NCBI GenBank assembly: GCA_050951545.1
Contig: JBMNJG010000007.1
Coordinates: 614,364 to 678,363 of the forward strand
Source: Limnochordia bacterium
Lineage (GTDB): Bacteria; Bacillota; Limnochordia; DTU080
DNA: 64,000 nucleotides
Reading direction: 5' to 3'
The notes under the pieces were generated by a model. The model ran no database searches. It saw only the letters and a program-made list of their open reading frames with translations, and had not been told where the DNA came from. The first letter of the stretch is position 1; each line of letters begins with the position of its first letter. The position numbers were made by a program, and so were the translations under genes. Positions 20,228 through 30,941 of the stretch are shown here, piece by piece.

Positions 20228-21517
20228 GTGACAGGTCAAAGAGCACCAGGAATTGCGGCATTCATCACACTGTGTATGGTTGTGCTAGTGATGGGTGGCG
20301 TTGTCGCCCATGCTGCGGACAAGGAAGTCGTGATCTGGCTGTGGAACGCGCATCTGACGGACCAGTATCAGTCATGGGCGGAAAAAGTGACCACTAGCTT
20401 TGAGAAAGAGAATCCAGGGGCCACTCTTAGATTTGAGTACACTGACAATTGGACCAGTGAGAAGCTGATCGTATCTATCGCCGGTGGAGCTCCTCCTGAT
20501 GTGAGCCTGGTTTCCATGTCCCGCGCTCGTGGTTTCTATGAAGCAGGGATGCTCACAGAGCTCAACGCCTATGTCGACAAGACTCCTCATATGGCGCTCG
20601 ACAAGTTTCTGCCCAGTGCAGTCCCCTTTATCCAGAAAGCGGGTAAGATCTACGGTCTTCCCTGGAGCCTAGAGGCGAATGTGGTTCTCTATAACCGTGA
20701 GTTTCTCAACGAGGCGGGTCTGGATGACCGGCCCCAGGCCTTGGGCACTTGGGATAATCTGATCAAATATGGCAGAGTCCTCGTCAAGCGAGACGCGAAC
20801 CAGGTGGTTCAGCGCAGTGGGATGATCATCAGGGGCGGTGTCCCGCATTTTGCTGCTTATCTGTACTCGAATGGTGGTCAGTTCTACAATGAGGCAGGTA
20901 CTGCAGCCGCCTTCAATGACTCTAAGGGCGTGCAAACTCTGGAGATGATGGTCAAGTACGCGAGGGAATACGATGTGACGGCAGCTAGGGCCAACTGGTG
21001 GAAAGACTTGGCGAATCGGACCGCGGCGATGACGATAGCGGATACCTCCTCAGTGGATTTCATCCAACCGCTAGCCCCTGACTTTGTTTCATGGATGGGA
21101 ATGGCTCCTATCCCGCGGGGGCCACAAGGGAAGCGTTCGTCGACGGCGAGTTGGAGCAATATGTTCTCGGTCCCCCAGGGTGCCAAGAACCCGGACCTCG
21201 CTTGGAATTTCATCAAGCTGTGGCTGAAGCCCGACACGGTTGTTCAGCATTTCCAGCACTTCGGCGGGCAGAATGTGAACTCGCCACGAAGAGACTTTCT
21301 GCAAAGTCACGCCTTCAGAGTGGCCATGCAGGAGATACCCTATATGGCGGCGATACCTGAGGTGTTCAACAACGCAGGGCCCTATCCGTTTATTCGCTTT
21401 CCCGACATCACGGCTAAGATGGGTCCACTTCTCACTCGGGCGGAGAGAGGCGAGATGGCGCCAGCAGCTGCTTTGCTGGAGGCTGAGCGCATCGTTAATG
21501 CCATTTTGCAGGAGTGA
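20228..21517 (+). CDS. ABC sugar-binding protein
   Basis: Signal peptide ending AHA, IAGGAPPD, YGLPW, NPDLAWNF. Confidence 0.9.
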   Translation: MTGQRAPGIAAFITLCMVVLVMGGVVAHAADKEVVIWLWNAHLTDQYQSWAEKVTTSFEKENPGATLRFEYTDNWTSEKLIVSIAGGAPPDVSLVSMSRARGFYEAGMLTELNAYVDKTPHMALDKFLPSAVPFIQKAGKIYGLPWSLEANVVLYNREFLNEAGLDDRPQALGTWDNLIKYGRVLVKRDANQVVQRSGMIIRGGVPHFAAYLYSNGGQFYNEAGTAAAFNDSKGVQTLEMMVKYAREYDVTAARANWWKDLANRTAAMTIADTSSVDFIQPLAPDFVSWMGMAPIPRGPQGKRSSTASWSNMFSVPQGAKNPDLAWNFIKLWLKPDTVVQHFQHFGGQNVNSPRRDFLQSHAFRVAMQEIPYMAAIPEVFNNAGPYPFIRFPDITAKMGPLLTRAERGEMAPAAALLEAERIVNAILQE

Positions 21518-21580
21518 CGCTGCGAGCTGCGTAAGTGAAGCATGAGATGTTTCCTGACAGTAAATCTGCAGCAAGAAAGA

Positions 21581-21607
21581 GAGAGCCTAGGGTCGCCCTG
21601 GGCTCTC
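21581..21607. terminator. Hairpin between convergent SBP genes
   Basis: GAGAGCCTAGGG-tcg-CCCTGGGCTCTC. Confidence 0.55.
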
Positions 21608-21836
21608 GGAGTTTGCCCGAAGGGACGGAAAGATCAGTATTCATGTTCGCAGCGAATGGTTTGTTCACTGGATCAAGGGATGGAACCCAAATAATCCCGG
21701 CTGCCTGCTCTTTTGCCTGGGCGCCTGACCCTACGGGTGGCTGAGCGTCAGGAACAATAGGTCGATGCCAGGCCCAGAACGCAGAGTCCCCGGGCAAGGG
21801 ATCCCGGGGACTGCGCGTGTGCAGGTCTTACTCTGG

Positions 21837-23136
21837 TCACTTCTGACGCTGTTTGGCCATGATGTCGTCAAGGTCTTTCTGGATCGATACGGTGATTTCA
21901 TCCAGAATCTGTTTGGCGGTTACTTCTTGGCGTACTGCCTTGTAGACACCAGCGTTGAGTTCATTGTAGTATTTCCCCTGATTGGGCACTGGTGGGCGAG
22001 TGTGGCGAGCGCCCTGTAGTATCTCCAGGAAGTGGGCTGCGATTGGATCTCTGGTCAGGTGCGGAGAAGTCAGTGCAGACTTGAGGCCGGAGAATGCGCC
22101 GGAGATCTCGCCATATTTGCGGGTTCCTTTAGGATCCGCAGTGGCATAGTAGATGAACTCCCACGCCGCGTCCGGGTCTTTGGCCCCCGAAGACATAACA
22201 AGCGTGAAGCCACCAATCCAGGTCTGCGGCTCATTCACATAGGCCAGATGGTAGGGTAGAGGGCTTAGGCCGAATTCGAGATCAGCGAAGTTGGTGGCAA
22301 TGTTCCTGGACATGCCCTGATGAGCGCATCGGAATGCTACTCGTTGCGCTATAAAGGAATCCTGACCACTGGGTAGATTCGCTAGGAGCTGGTTAACTGC
22401 CTCAAAGCCGTAGCGTCGCGCAGGGTCTCCCATCCATTCCAGAGCCCGGACAACCTGAGGATCGTTGGCTGTGATCTCTCTCCCTTGCAGGATCCCAGAA
22501 ACTACCACCAAAGGCCCAGCCCCACGTATATATGCTGTTACCAGCACCGTGGACGTCCCAGGGAACGGTAGTGGTCTGGGTCAGCGTCCCATCGCTGGCA
22601 AACTTCGTCAACTTAGGTGCCATCACATCCAGCTGTGTTATTGTTGTCGGTGGTTGCACACCCGCGTTGTTGAGCATTTCCTTGTTATATACCATCGAGA
22701 AGTTGGCGTCGAGGTACAGTGGTAGTGCCCATATGTGCCCGCCCCAGACGGCCTGATCCCACGACGGTTCGACAAAGTGACTTCTCTTGAGGCCTTTTCT
22801 CTCTACCCACTGTGTGAGGGGCTGAATAGCTCCGGACGCCGCCCAGCTGGTCGCTAGGGTTCCGTCGGCCCACACAACGTCGGGCCCGGTCCCTGCCGCC
22901 AGGTGGAGAAAGAACTTCTCGCCCCGAAAGTCTCCCATATGCTCCGGAGTCACTTTGATGTGCGGATGCTCCTCCTCAAATGCGGCGGCCAGTAGGTTCA
23001 TGCTTTCCCCGCGTGTGTAGTGCCATAGAGTCACCGCGCGCTCTTCGGCTGCTATAGCTCCCACAGCAGTGAGTAGAGCGCCAACCAAAAGAACAGCCAC
23101 GAGCAGAAATGGAACAATGCGATGGTTCGGTCTCAC
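21837..23136 (-). pseudogene. ABC sugar-binding protein split by one frameshift
   Basis: ORF 22402-23136 gives the N-half to GGSFWDPAR and ORF 21837-22547 the C-half from EITANDPQ; the shift lies in a GA-dinucleotide run at about 22473-22487. Confidence 0.8.
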
Positions 23137-23193
23137 GGCAATCCTCCTAAAACTAGGCAGGTATGCGTGCGCCTGCCTTTAGTTGTGTAGTGA

Positions 23194-23219
23194 ATTCGGT
23201 ACTCCACGCATGTTGTCCT
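23194..23219 (-). promoter_or_regulatory. Sigma-H-like promoter
   Basis: AGGA-N18-GAAT on the minus strand upstream of the SBP start. Confidence 0.55.
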
Positions 23220-23463
23220 GCGACTGTAAGTAATTTAGTCATGCTGAGGAAAATAGCTAGTGCGACCTAAATATCGCGCATATTGCCTGATGAAGTTCGC
23301 CCGCAGCATCTTTCTACCTCTCGTCTTGCCCGTGCGGAGAGGAAGTGAACGCGGGTTCGTGAAGTTACTGAGGGTAGGGTCTCCCGACGTGACTTGCGCG
23401 TTCTGTCAACGCTACAAGCGACGCAGATGAAGCGACTCCATATCGACGCGTAGCGAATAGGGA

Positions 23464-24276
23464 TTGCGGAAGGAGGACGAGGACGTGGCCACATACGAAG
23501 AGTGGGGGAGCATCCGGGCGTGGCGAGAGGGCTGGATCACATACTTGCCAAGCTGGGCGGCCTATCTCGCGGCGGCGATGGCGGCAGTCTTGGTACTGCT
23601 TACACCTGTAGGTGCGCGTTATGTTGTGGCGGTTATCGCGGTCGTCGGTGAAGTCATTGCTTCGAACTTCACCTACTGGGGTGGTCCACTGATATATGCC
23701 GCTCACCTTTTCTCGGTGGGCTATGTGAGGCTGATATGGCCGTTCTTGCTCGCTGCTGTTCCTGCAGGGCTAGTGCTGGGGTATCTACGGAGAAGGTTTG
23801 GTTTTCGCTACCGGCACATACCGTGGCATCCATACGAGGCACGTGTTCGTCTGCCGTGGCCATTGCATGGCATGATCCTCTACGCGTCAGGTCCGCTCCT
23901 TCTCTATGCCATGGCTCTTTACGTAGACCGCAGGGTCTATGTGCGGCTGCTGGCAGGGCACTTCATGTTTTGGGCTACTTCAGGAGTGCTGGCCAAGATC
24001 CTATGGGAGGCTTTCACCGACCTGATACTAATCGTTGGTGCCAAGTCGGGTCTTTGGCCAGAGCCCCAACGGAAGCTCGACGCCGAGTACCAGATACGTC
24101 GATTGCTTGACGGGTATGCCGAACTGAGCACGATGCGCGTGAGGGATATCAATGTCGATCGAGCAGGCCGCGCGGTTGTCACAGGGGTGATGACACCTGC
24201 TCAGAAGCGGCGTCTTCAGGAACTGCTCGAGCATCATTTGGCAGGTATAGTCAGCTTGGAGATCATAGCTGTCTGA
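23464..24276 (+). CDS. Membrane protein with a C-terminal BON-like domain
   Basis: Several TM helices, then DINVDRAGRAVVTGVMTPAQKRRL..GIVSL; start probably GTG about 23485. Confidence 0.55.
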   Translation: MRKEDEDVATYEEWGSIRAWREGWITYLPSWAAYLAAAMAAVLVLLTPVGARYVVAVIAVVGEVIASNFTYWGGPLIYAAHLFSVGYVRLIWPFLLAAVPAGLVLGYLRRRFGFRYRHIPWHPYEARVRLPWPLHGMILYASGPLLLYAMALYVDRRVYVRLLAGHFMFWATSGVLAKILWEAFTDLILIVGAKSGLWPEPQRKLDAEYQIRRLLDGYAELSTMRVRDINVDRAGRAVVTGVMTPAQKRRLQELLEHHLAGIVSLEIIAV

Positions 24277-24337
24277 GCGTCTCTCAAACCTACCTGTACC
24301 CAACCCAGTACCTCTTCCGACGAGCCACCCGAACGCA

Positions 24338-27300
24338 GTGTCCTCGAAGGAACCTCTCCGACTTCAGCGAAGCGTAGCGACAATGTCTCGCGCAGGAGGC
24401 TCATCTATGGATTGGTTGTTGCTCGGTCGACATATGCTACTTTCACTGTTGATAGTTGTGGTCATGCTCTTTGCACTCCCTATGGCCCAAGCTTGGGCGG
24501 CAGAGCAGGCTTGGACGGTGCACCGCACAGCGGATGGTTTTCAGCTGGCTAGCGATGCTCTGACGCTGGAGATCGACACTGAACGAGCCACGTTGCGCAG
24601 TGTGGTGGTGGGTGACAGATCCATCGTTTGGGCGAATACCCAGCCGTTGCTGCAAGCCAGCTTGATCGAGAGTCAGCGTTACGATCAGCGTACAGACTAT
24701 ATGCCCGATGGTCGTGACCTGGCGGGGACGTTCGTGCCAGGGCACGTCGAGTACGCCATCGACGGTGAGAAGGCAGTGGTGCTCATCAAGGGTGCGCTGC
24801 GTTTTTCGGGCGATGACGCGCTCGATTTCCAGCTGCGACTGGTCGGGCGGGCTGGGGAACAGGCGCTACAAGCAGAGGTATGTCTTGATGCTCGTGGACC
24901 TTTCACCAATCGCTTTGTGCGAGACGTGAGTTTTCGCCTTCCTCTAGCCCTCAACCACCGCAAGAGGATTGCCCAGGGCGGTGACCAGGGCTTTACCTGG
25001 GACACGCGCTATTTCCACCAGTTCCACCTCAATACCACTATGGGGCTGCTCGCTGAACCGGACACGAACGAGTGGCGCTTGTTTAGTGTCGACCAACGCA
25101 CGCCAGTAGCGTACCAGATCTGGCGAGCGGAGAGCGAGACCACTGCTCCACTAGTCATGCAGCAGGGCGCCCAGGCTGCAGGCTGGACATCGATCTACGA
25201 CGAACAAGGCGGCATGCTCTTCGCCTACCGGGATCTTGCTCGCTTGGCACCTAAGGCTTTGCGCGTTCAGGCTTGGGATCGGGGGGCGGCGCTGGTGATG
25301 CTGCATCCAGACTCCTCACGGGCTATCAGTCCCTATGGGCCGCAAGCGGCGCAGGTTTTGGGCGTGACACATAGCATCGATATGCTCTTTTTCACAGGAA
25401 CATATGAGAGCGCACAGCCTACAGCACAACTTGCATCTCGCTGGGGCGAGTCCTCACTTGCGAGTGATCCTCCGATTCGCATTGAGCCTAAGTTCATGGT
25501 GGGGCACGATGCGTGGTTACCCAAGCAGATGAGCAGTGGTGACCTGGCGCCGTGGATCACGGGTGGCGTTGCTCTACCGCGCGGCCAGGTGCGTGATCCC
25601 TACGGCTTGCAGCTGTTTCGTGGGGCCCGGGCGCTGTGCTATCAGGCTGAGCCTATCGCCTATTGGCCTGATGGATCGATCAAATGGCTCTTGATGAGTT
25701 TTCTTGACGATGAAGGATCAGGGACTATGCCGGGCGGTACCTCTAGTGATGGGTGTATTCCCTTGACGGTCACGCTGCGGGATGGGACTGAGCGGGCGTT
25801 TAGCCTGCGCTATGCTGATGCTCCACAGCACGGTACAGAAGCTGGCGGCCTTCAGATCATGGAGCACGCGGAGGGTCTCTCGATTGACACGGGACCCCTT
25901 AAGGTTGAGCTACAACCAGGCTCACAGTGGATCAAGCGCATTGCCCTCAATGGCGAGACCATCGCTGCCGCGCAGCCGGGTGACACACGGCCGACTGCTT
26001 TCGTCGACTTCTTCCGAGTGGATGAACCGTATGTAACGCAGACTACGCACCCTTCAGGCCAAGAGGATCCGGGCCCTGTGGTGATTGACCAGATAGCTGT
26101 GGAGACGGCGGGTGCCTACAGGACAGTGATTCGTCTTGAGGGGTGTGCGAAGAGCCGTGAGCAAGCTCGGGTGATCATCCGCCTTGAGCTGTATGCACAG
26201 CGCGCCTTCATTCGCATGACCCATACCGTGGAGTATCTACACCAGGATCCCCGTGAGGTATTCGTGCGTCAGATGGGTATCCGGCTGCCGACGGCTCTAG
26301 ATACGTACTCTCAGACGGTCACAGTGGGTGGCGAGAAAGAGCCCATTCAACTTCGTGGTTGGCAGGAAGCGGGCCTGTGCCAGAGTGGTCACATGGAGTA
26401 CACGATTTGGCAGCAAGATGGCGATAAGCTCGACGAGGTGGAGCACTTACATCGAGCCGCGGGCTGGATCGATGTCTCTGATGGCCAGCGCGGTGTACTA
26501 CTGGCCATGCGCGACATGTGGCAAGAGGCGCCCAATGAGCTCGTGGCGTCGCGAGATGATGGCACGCTGACCGCCTACTTCTGGCCAGCCAGCATGCCGC
26601 TGATGGACGTACGTCGTTACTCGGATCTTCCTCACCTTTCGCAAGGCGAGTCGGTGCGCGATCGCAACGACTGGGTAGAGACTTCCTACTATGGTCGCGA
26701 TCCGTTTGTGGGTGTATCGAAGACGCAGGAAGTTCTCTGGTTTTTCCATGAAGAAGGCGTTGAGAGCCAGCAGCTAGGTGCTGTAGCAGCGGATTTCCAG
26801 AGCCCACCGCTGATCTACATGGGCGAGGCGTGGTATAGGGAGCATGGCTTCCTGCTGCCGCAGGCCGATCCGGCGCTTCTGCCTCAGGTGACCCAAAACC
26901 GTGACCTGGTGGCCGATTTCTGGCTCTACCATCAACGGCTCTTTGGCTGGTATGGCAAATGGCATTATGGAGATATTCAGCATCAGTTCAATTCAGGCTA
27001 CGGTTCCATTGCTTTGCCCCAGACGCTATCTGAACTCTTGGCGCTTCCCCAGGTCGAACGCCAGGCATTTACCTTTGGCAGTGCGCAGAGGCAGCTGGAT
27101 TATGCTCCGCAGCATCATTGGGCCATGGATAACGGGCGCTGGGGTTGGGGCAATACGGAAGGATTGCCTGGTCTGTTCTTCCAGCGAGAGTATTTGCGGA
27201 CAGGGGATCGGGAGCAGTATTTCATGGCGGAGGCACTAGCCCGGCATGCCCGCGACGTGATCATCCGCCAGTCAGGCAGATGGTTTGGTCAGGGAACGCG

Positions 27301-28918
27301 CCATGGCGTGCAACCCTGGAGCGATGGGAACCATGAGGAACGGCAGACCATTCATTCGGAGTTTCGTTTCCACTACTTCTTAAGTGGGGATCCGCGTTCG
27401 CGGGAGGTGGCTCAGAAGCTGCTTGAGCAGCACTATCTTAAGAAGAATGTCTCAGTACACGCGGCGCATTCGGGGCGCTTATATGGGCTGCTGACGAACT
27501 GGGAGATGAGTGGTGACCCAGAACTCGGCGAGATCTTGCGCCAGTACGTGCATACGTTCATCGTTCCTGAGGGAATCGCTGCCTCGCCGCCTGTGGCATT
27601 CTCACCGCAGGTAGCGCTGATGGGCCCGCCGCAGGATACCAACTCTACGAGCATGTTTTTCCACGTCTTTGGGGCTACGCATGCGCTGATCGAGTACTAC
27701 TACCTGACCCATGATGAAGAGCTGCGGCAAGCACTGGTCAAGATGGCTGCAGCGCTCATGCCTACATTGCCTCTCAGACCGACATCCGCTAACCCGTCAT
27801 GGCTCGTGGTGGCCTTTGCTGCGAAACATGCTGATGACCCCAAGCCGTATCAGTCGTGCCTGCGCAATGCATTTGAGGGGGAGGCTTGGCAATACGCTGT
27901 CCGGATGGTGAACGGGGATTCTAGCCATTGGTCGGGTCCCACAGCCGTTATTCGGGGGGGAGTGCCTAGCTGCCACTTTTGGATGAATGCCTTGCCTTAT
28001 GTTGTGTCAGCGCTTCCTGACGATTTTGTACCCAGCCAAGCGCAGCTTGAGCAGGTAGAGCAGCTGGATGCCGACGTGCGTCGGCGGTCGGAGCCTGCTG
28101 TGAGCTGGCAATCGGAGTACGATGACCCAGAGTTTGATGCCTATCTGGGACCATGGCGTCCCTGGACGATTCCCCTGCGGGTTCGCTTTGCTGGCGAGCT
28201 GCGTGAGAATGCACGCCTGCGGGGGAAAGTGCCGCTGGGGATCAGAGTGGTGACAGAGGCGCCAGAGGATTTCGTGGAGATCAAGATCACGCTTGACGGC
28301 GAGGAAATCCTGGCGAGCGGGGATCTTGACGCTGCGGAGGGCTATGTACTGGATACCCTGGCACTGACGGACGATTTGCACGAGCTGACCGTGACAGTAG
28401 TTGATCGCACCCAAGGGCTCATTACCAGGGGAATCTCGTTCCGAGTTCGAAACTGGTGGAGCTTGGTAGACGAACTGAAAGCACCGATTATGGCCTTCGG
28501 TTTCTCCCTAGACCTCTTGCGGGTAGAAGACAAGTCCGACGGTTGGGAGTACGTGGATGATCATCCTGAGCTCTTCTTTGGCGACACCCAGCGTCTGACG
28601 CGCGCGACATCGACCGATGAGTATCTGGTCTGGTCGACGCCGCTACTGCAAGAGTGTGAGGTCACCTTGTATGCCCAGCTCATGGAGCTTGCGGGCGGGG
28701 TGGTTCTCGCGGTCTCTGAGGATGGTACGCACTGGCAGGATGTGCCCTACGAGACACAGGTCGTGGGCACCTCATCAGAGGGTTGGCAGCAGGTGCGCCT
28801 GCGCTTCATCTCTCCCGCCGATGTCACTACGCACTGGTTGCGGCTCACTTTCACAGAGGCGCTGGCACCCGAGGTACAACTGGGCGAGGTGGCCATGAAA
28901 GGTCTGCTGGCGGAGTAA
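24338..28918 (+). CDS. Large secreted PcRGLX/YetA-like (PL26 exo-rhamnogalacturonan lyase-like) multidomain protein
   Basis: Signal peptide; AYWPDGSIKW, WYGKWHYGD, WGNTE and GTRHGVQPW motifs; C-terminal Ig-like and beta-sandwich extension. Confidence 0.7.
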   Translation: MSSKEPLRLQRSVATMSRAGGSSMDWLLLGRHMLLSLLIVVVMLFALPMAQAWAAEQAWTVHRTADGFQLASDALTLEIDTERATLRSVVVGDRSIVWANTQPLLQASLIESQRYDQRTDYMPDGRDLAGTFVPGHVEYAIDGEKAVVLIKGALRFSGDDALDFQLRLVGRAGEQALQAEVCLDARGPFTNRFVRDVSFRLPLALNHRKRIAQGGDQGFTWDTRYFHQFHLNTTMGLLAEPDTNEWRLFSVDQRTPVAYQIWRAESETTAPLVMQQGAQAAGWTSIYDEQGGMLFAYRDLARLAPKALRVQAWDRGAALVMLHPDSSRAISPYGPQAAQVLGVTHSIDMLFFTGTYESAQPTAQLASRWGESSLASDPPIRIEPKFMVGHDAWLPKQMSSGDLAPWITGGVALPRGQVRDPYGLQLFRGARALCYQAEPIAYWPDGSIKWLLMSFLDDEGSGTMPGGTSSDGCIPLTVTLRDGTERAFSLRYADAPQHGTEAGGLQIMEHAEGLSIDTGPLKVELQPGSQWIKRIALNGETIAAAQPGDTRPTAFVDFFRVDEPYVTQTTHPSGQEDPGPVVIDQIAVETAGAYRTVIRLEGCAKSREQARVIIRLELYAQRAFIRMTHTVEYLHQDPREVFVRQMGIRLPTALDTYSQTVTVGGEKEPIQLRGWQEAGLCQSGHMEYTIWQQDGDKLDEVEHLHRAAGWIDVSDGQRGVLLAMRDMWQEAPNELVASRDDGTLTAYFWPASMPLMDVRRYSDLPHLSQGESVRDRNDWVETSYYGRDPFVGVSKTQEVLWFFHEEGVESQQLGAVAADFQSPPLIYMGEAWYREHGFLLPQADPALLPQVTQNRDLVADFWLYHQRLFGWYGKWHYGDIQHQFNSGYGSIALPQTLSELLALPQVERQAFTFGSAQRQLDYAPQHHWAMDNGRWGWGNTEGLPGLFFQREYLRTGDREQYFMAEALARHARDVIIRQSGRWFGQGTRHGVQPWSDGNHEERQTIHSEFRFHYFLSGDPRSREVAQKLLEQHYLKKNVSVHAAHSGRLYGLLTNWEMSGDPELGEILRQYVHTFIVPEGIAASPPVAFSPQVALMGPPQDTNSTSMFFHVFGATHALIEYYYLTHDEELRQALVKMAAALMPTLPLRPTSANPSWLVVAFAAKHADDPKPYQSCLRNAFEGEAWQYAVRMVNGDSSHWSGPTAVIRGGVPSCHFWMNALPYVVSALPDDFVPSQAQLEQVEQLDADVRRRSEPAVSWQSEYDDPEFDAYLGPWRPWTIPLRVRFAGELRENARLRGKVPLGIRVVTEAPEDFVEIKITLDGEEILASGDLDAAEGYVLDTLALTDDLHELTVTVVDRTQGLITRGISFRVRNWWSLVDELKAPIMAFGFSLDLLRVEDKSDGWEYVDDHPELFFGDTQRLTRATSTDEYLVWSTPLLQECEVTLYAQLMELAGGVVLAVSEDGTHWQDVPYETQVVGTSSEGWQQVRLRFISPADVTTHWLRLTFTEALAPEVQLGEVAMKGLLAE

Positions 28919-28936
28919 ACGGGGAGGAGCAAGTCC

Positions 28937-30940
28937 TTGGAACAAGCCTATTCGAGTTTCCTGCAAGCGGAGTTACAGCAACTGCCAGTGGGAGCGATCG
29001 ATCGTAGGGCGCCGTCACTGGCGGAATGGCAGCAGCGGTCACCAGCGCTGCGAGATCGGCTTCGTCAGGTGTTGGGTTTCCCTACCTCAGAGATCGATCG
29101 GCCTGTGCGCCATGAGGTGCGCGGGACCATAGACGGTGACGGCTATCGTATTGAAAAGCTCGTCTATGAAAGCGAGTCAGAGCCTCTCTCGAAGGTGCCC
29201 TGTTTGCTCTACTGGCCGTCACCACTACCAGCGACCAGACTGCCAGCTATCGTGCTAGGGTGTGGCCACGGAGGTAGCAAGTCCAGTTGGTATAACCAAT
29301 ACGCCTGCCAGCTGTATGCCAAACTCGGCTGTGCCGTATTGCTAGCTGATCCCATCGGGGAGGAAGAGCGGCACGAGAGCGGTCAGCTGGGGTTGCGAGG
29401 CGCATCGGCGTGGTCGCAATCTGGACCGTGCGCTCCTGGCGGGCCGTCCTTTTGTCGGCAAGGTGGTCTACGACCTCACCCGCGGTATCGATCTACTGCG
29501 CCACCATCAGGCCATTGATCCCGAGAGGATCGCCTGCGCTGGTAGCTCTCTGGGAGGCACGGTAACGCAACTGCTGGCGGCGGTTGACGATCGTCTGGTC
29601 GCTTGTGTGAACTCCGCTTGGGCTGCTGACTATCGGGAGTTTGATGGAGATACTGGATGCTGCTACCGCCTTCACGACCTCATTCAGGACATGAACCAGG
29701 CTGAGCTGATCGCCATGGGGGCACCTCATTGTGCTAACTTGGTGATGATCGGGTCGTTGGACGAGATATGCCCGCCGTTGAGAACAAGAGAGATGGTAGA
29801 TGCGGCACGGCGGGTCTATGCGCTGTTTGGTGCCGAGGAGCGCTGCAGGCTGATTGCCGATGCGCATGGTGGGCACCGCCCCTACCATCTGACGAAGGAG
29901 GCTGTGCGCTGGATAGCGTCCCATTTGCAGATCGAGGGGGAACGGGCCCAGGCGTTCCTGGAGCTTCCTGAGGCCAGCCTGTATGAGTTCACCCAGCGCC
30001 ATGGCCTGACTATCGACAAGCTGTATAACGTGCCGAGACACCATCGAGGGGGCCGCAGCCTGGAGATCGGTGCCGTGTTCCGACAGCCCGCCACTTTGCG
30101 CGTGCTCTCCGACGACGAGACGGACGACGGGTCCCTATGCCCTGGAGCCGTGGCTGGTGGGCCTGGAACGTCGAGTTGCCACGCTTGCCAGCCGACGAGG
30201 CGGGCATCCGAGCCTGGCTCACGAACAGGGAGAGCATCAGGGCGGAGTTGGGCGAGTTGCTCGCCTTGGGCCCAAACGCGCTGCACTGGGGCAGTGGTGG
30301 CATGGAAGAGCCTGGTGAGCGTGCGCTTGCTGGGAGACGTCTGTACCGACACGAGCTGGGCATTCCCGGTTTCTTTGCTGCCTTGTGGGAGCCAGGGAGC
30401 GATCTGCGGTCGGGCCTGGGCGTGATCTACCAGCCTGCAGGCCGTAGTCAGGCCCATGCGAACTCGGAACTGCTGAACGGGTGGTTGCGTCGTGGGCACG
30501 TGGTCGTGGTACTGGATGCAGTGGGGTTGAACGATAACGAATTGCTTGTCGGCCGCTCCGCCACGGCTTTCAACACCCGTCTCGTGCAGTGCGCAGTGGA
30601 CGGGCTCTTGGCGCGCGGTGACGTCTCGCGGGTCGTATGCCGCGGGGAGGTCGACGATGTGCTGGCTTGGGTTATGGCCCTCGATGAGCGCATTTCAGAA
30701 GGGTGGGTCGTGTCTCGCGGTGGGGAGGAGCCGTCTGCACTGGGTAAAGGAAGGATGGAAGGGGTGGTGCCGGGGAGTGCTCGCATTATCGACCGCTTAG
30801 GGCTATGGGCCATGGCCGCCCCGCGCCCGTTGCGTTTCGCAGCTAACGTGCTCGACGCTCAGGAGTTCTGCCTACTGCAGCGTGTGTGGGCGGCACTAGG
30901 GGCAGGTGACAGATTGGAAGCTCAAGGGAAGGGGGCATGA
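28937..30940 (+). pseudogene. Alpha/beta-hydrolase (acetyl-xylan-esterase-like), frameshifted
   Basis: YRIEKLVYES, GCGHGG, DPIGEEER, GSSLGG nucleophile and MAAPRPL are spread over overlapping ORFs; shifts near 29400, 30140 and 30190. Confidence 0.75.
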
Positions 30941-30941
30941 A

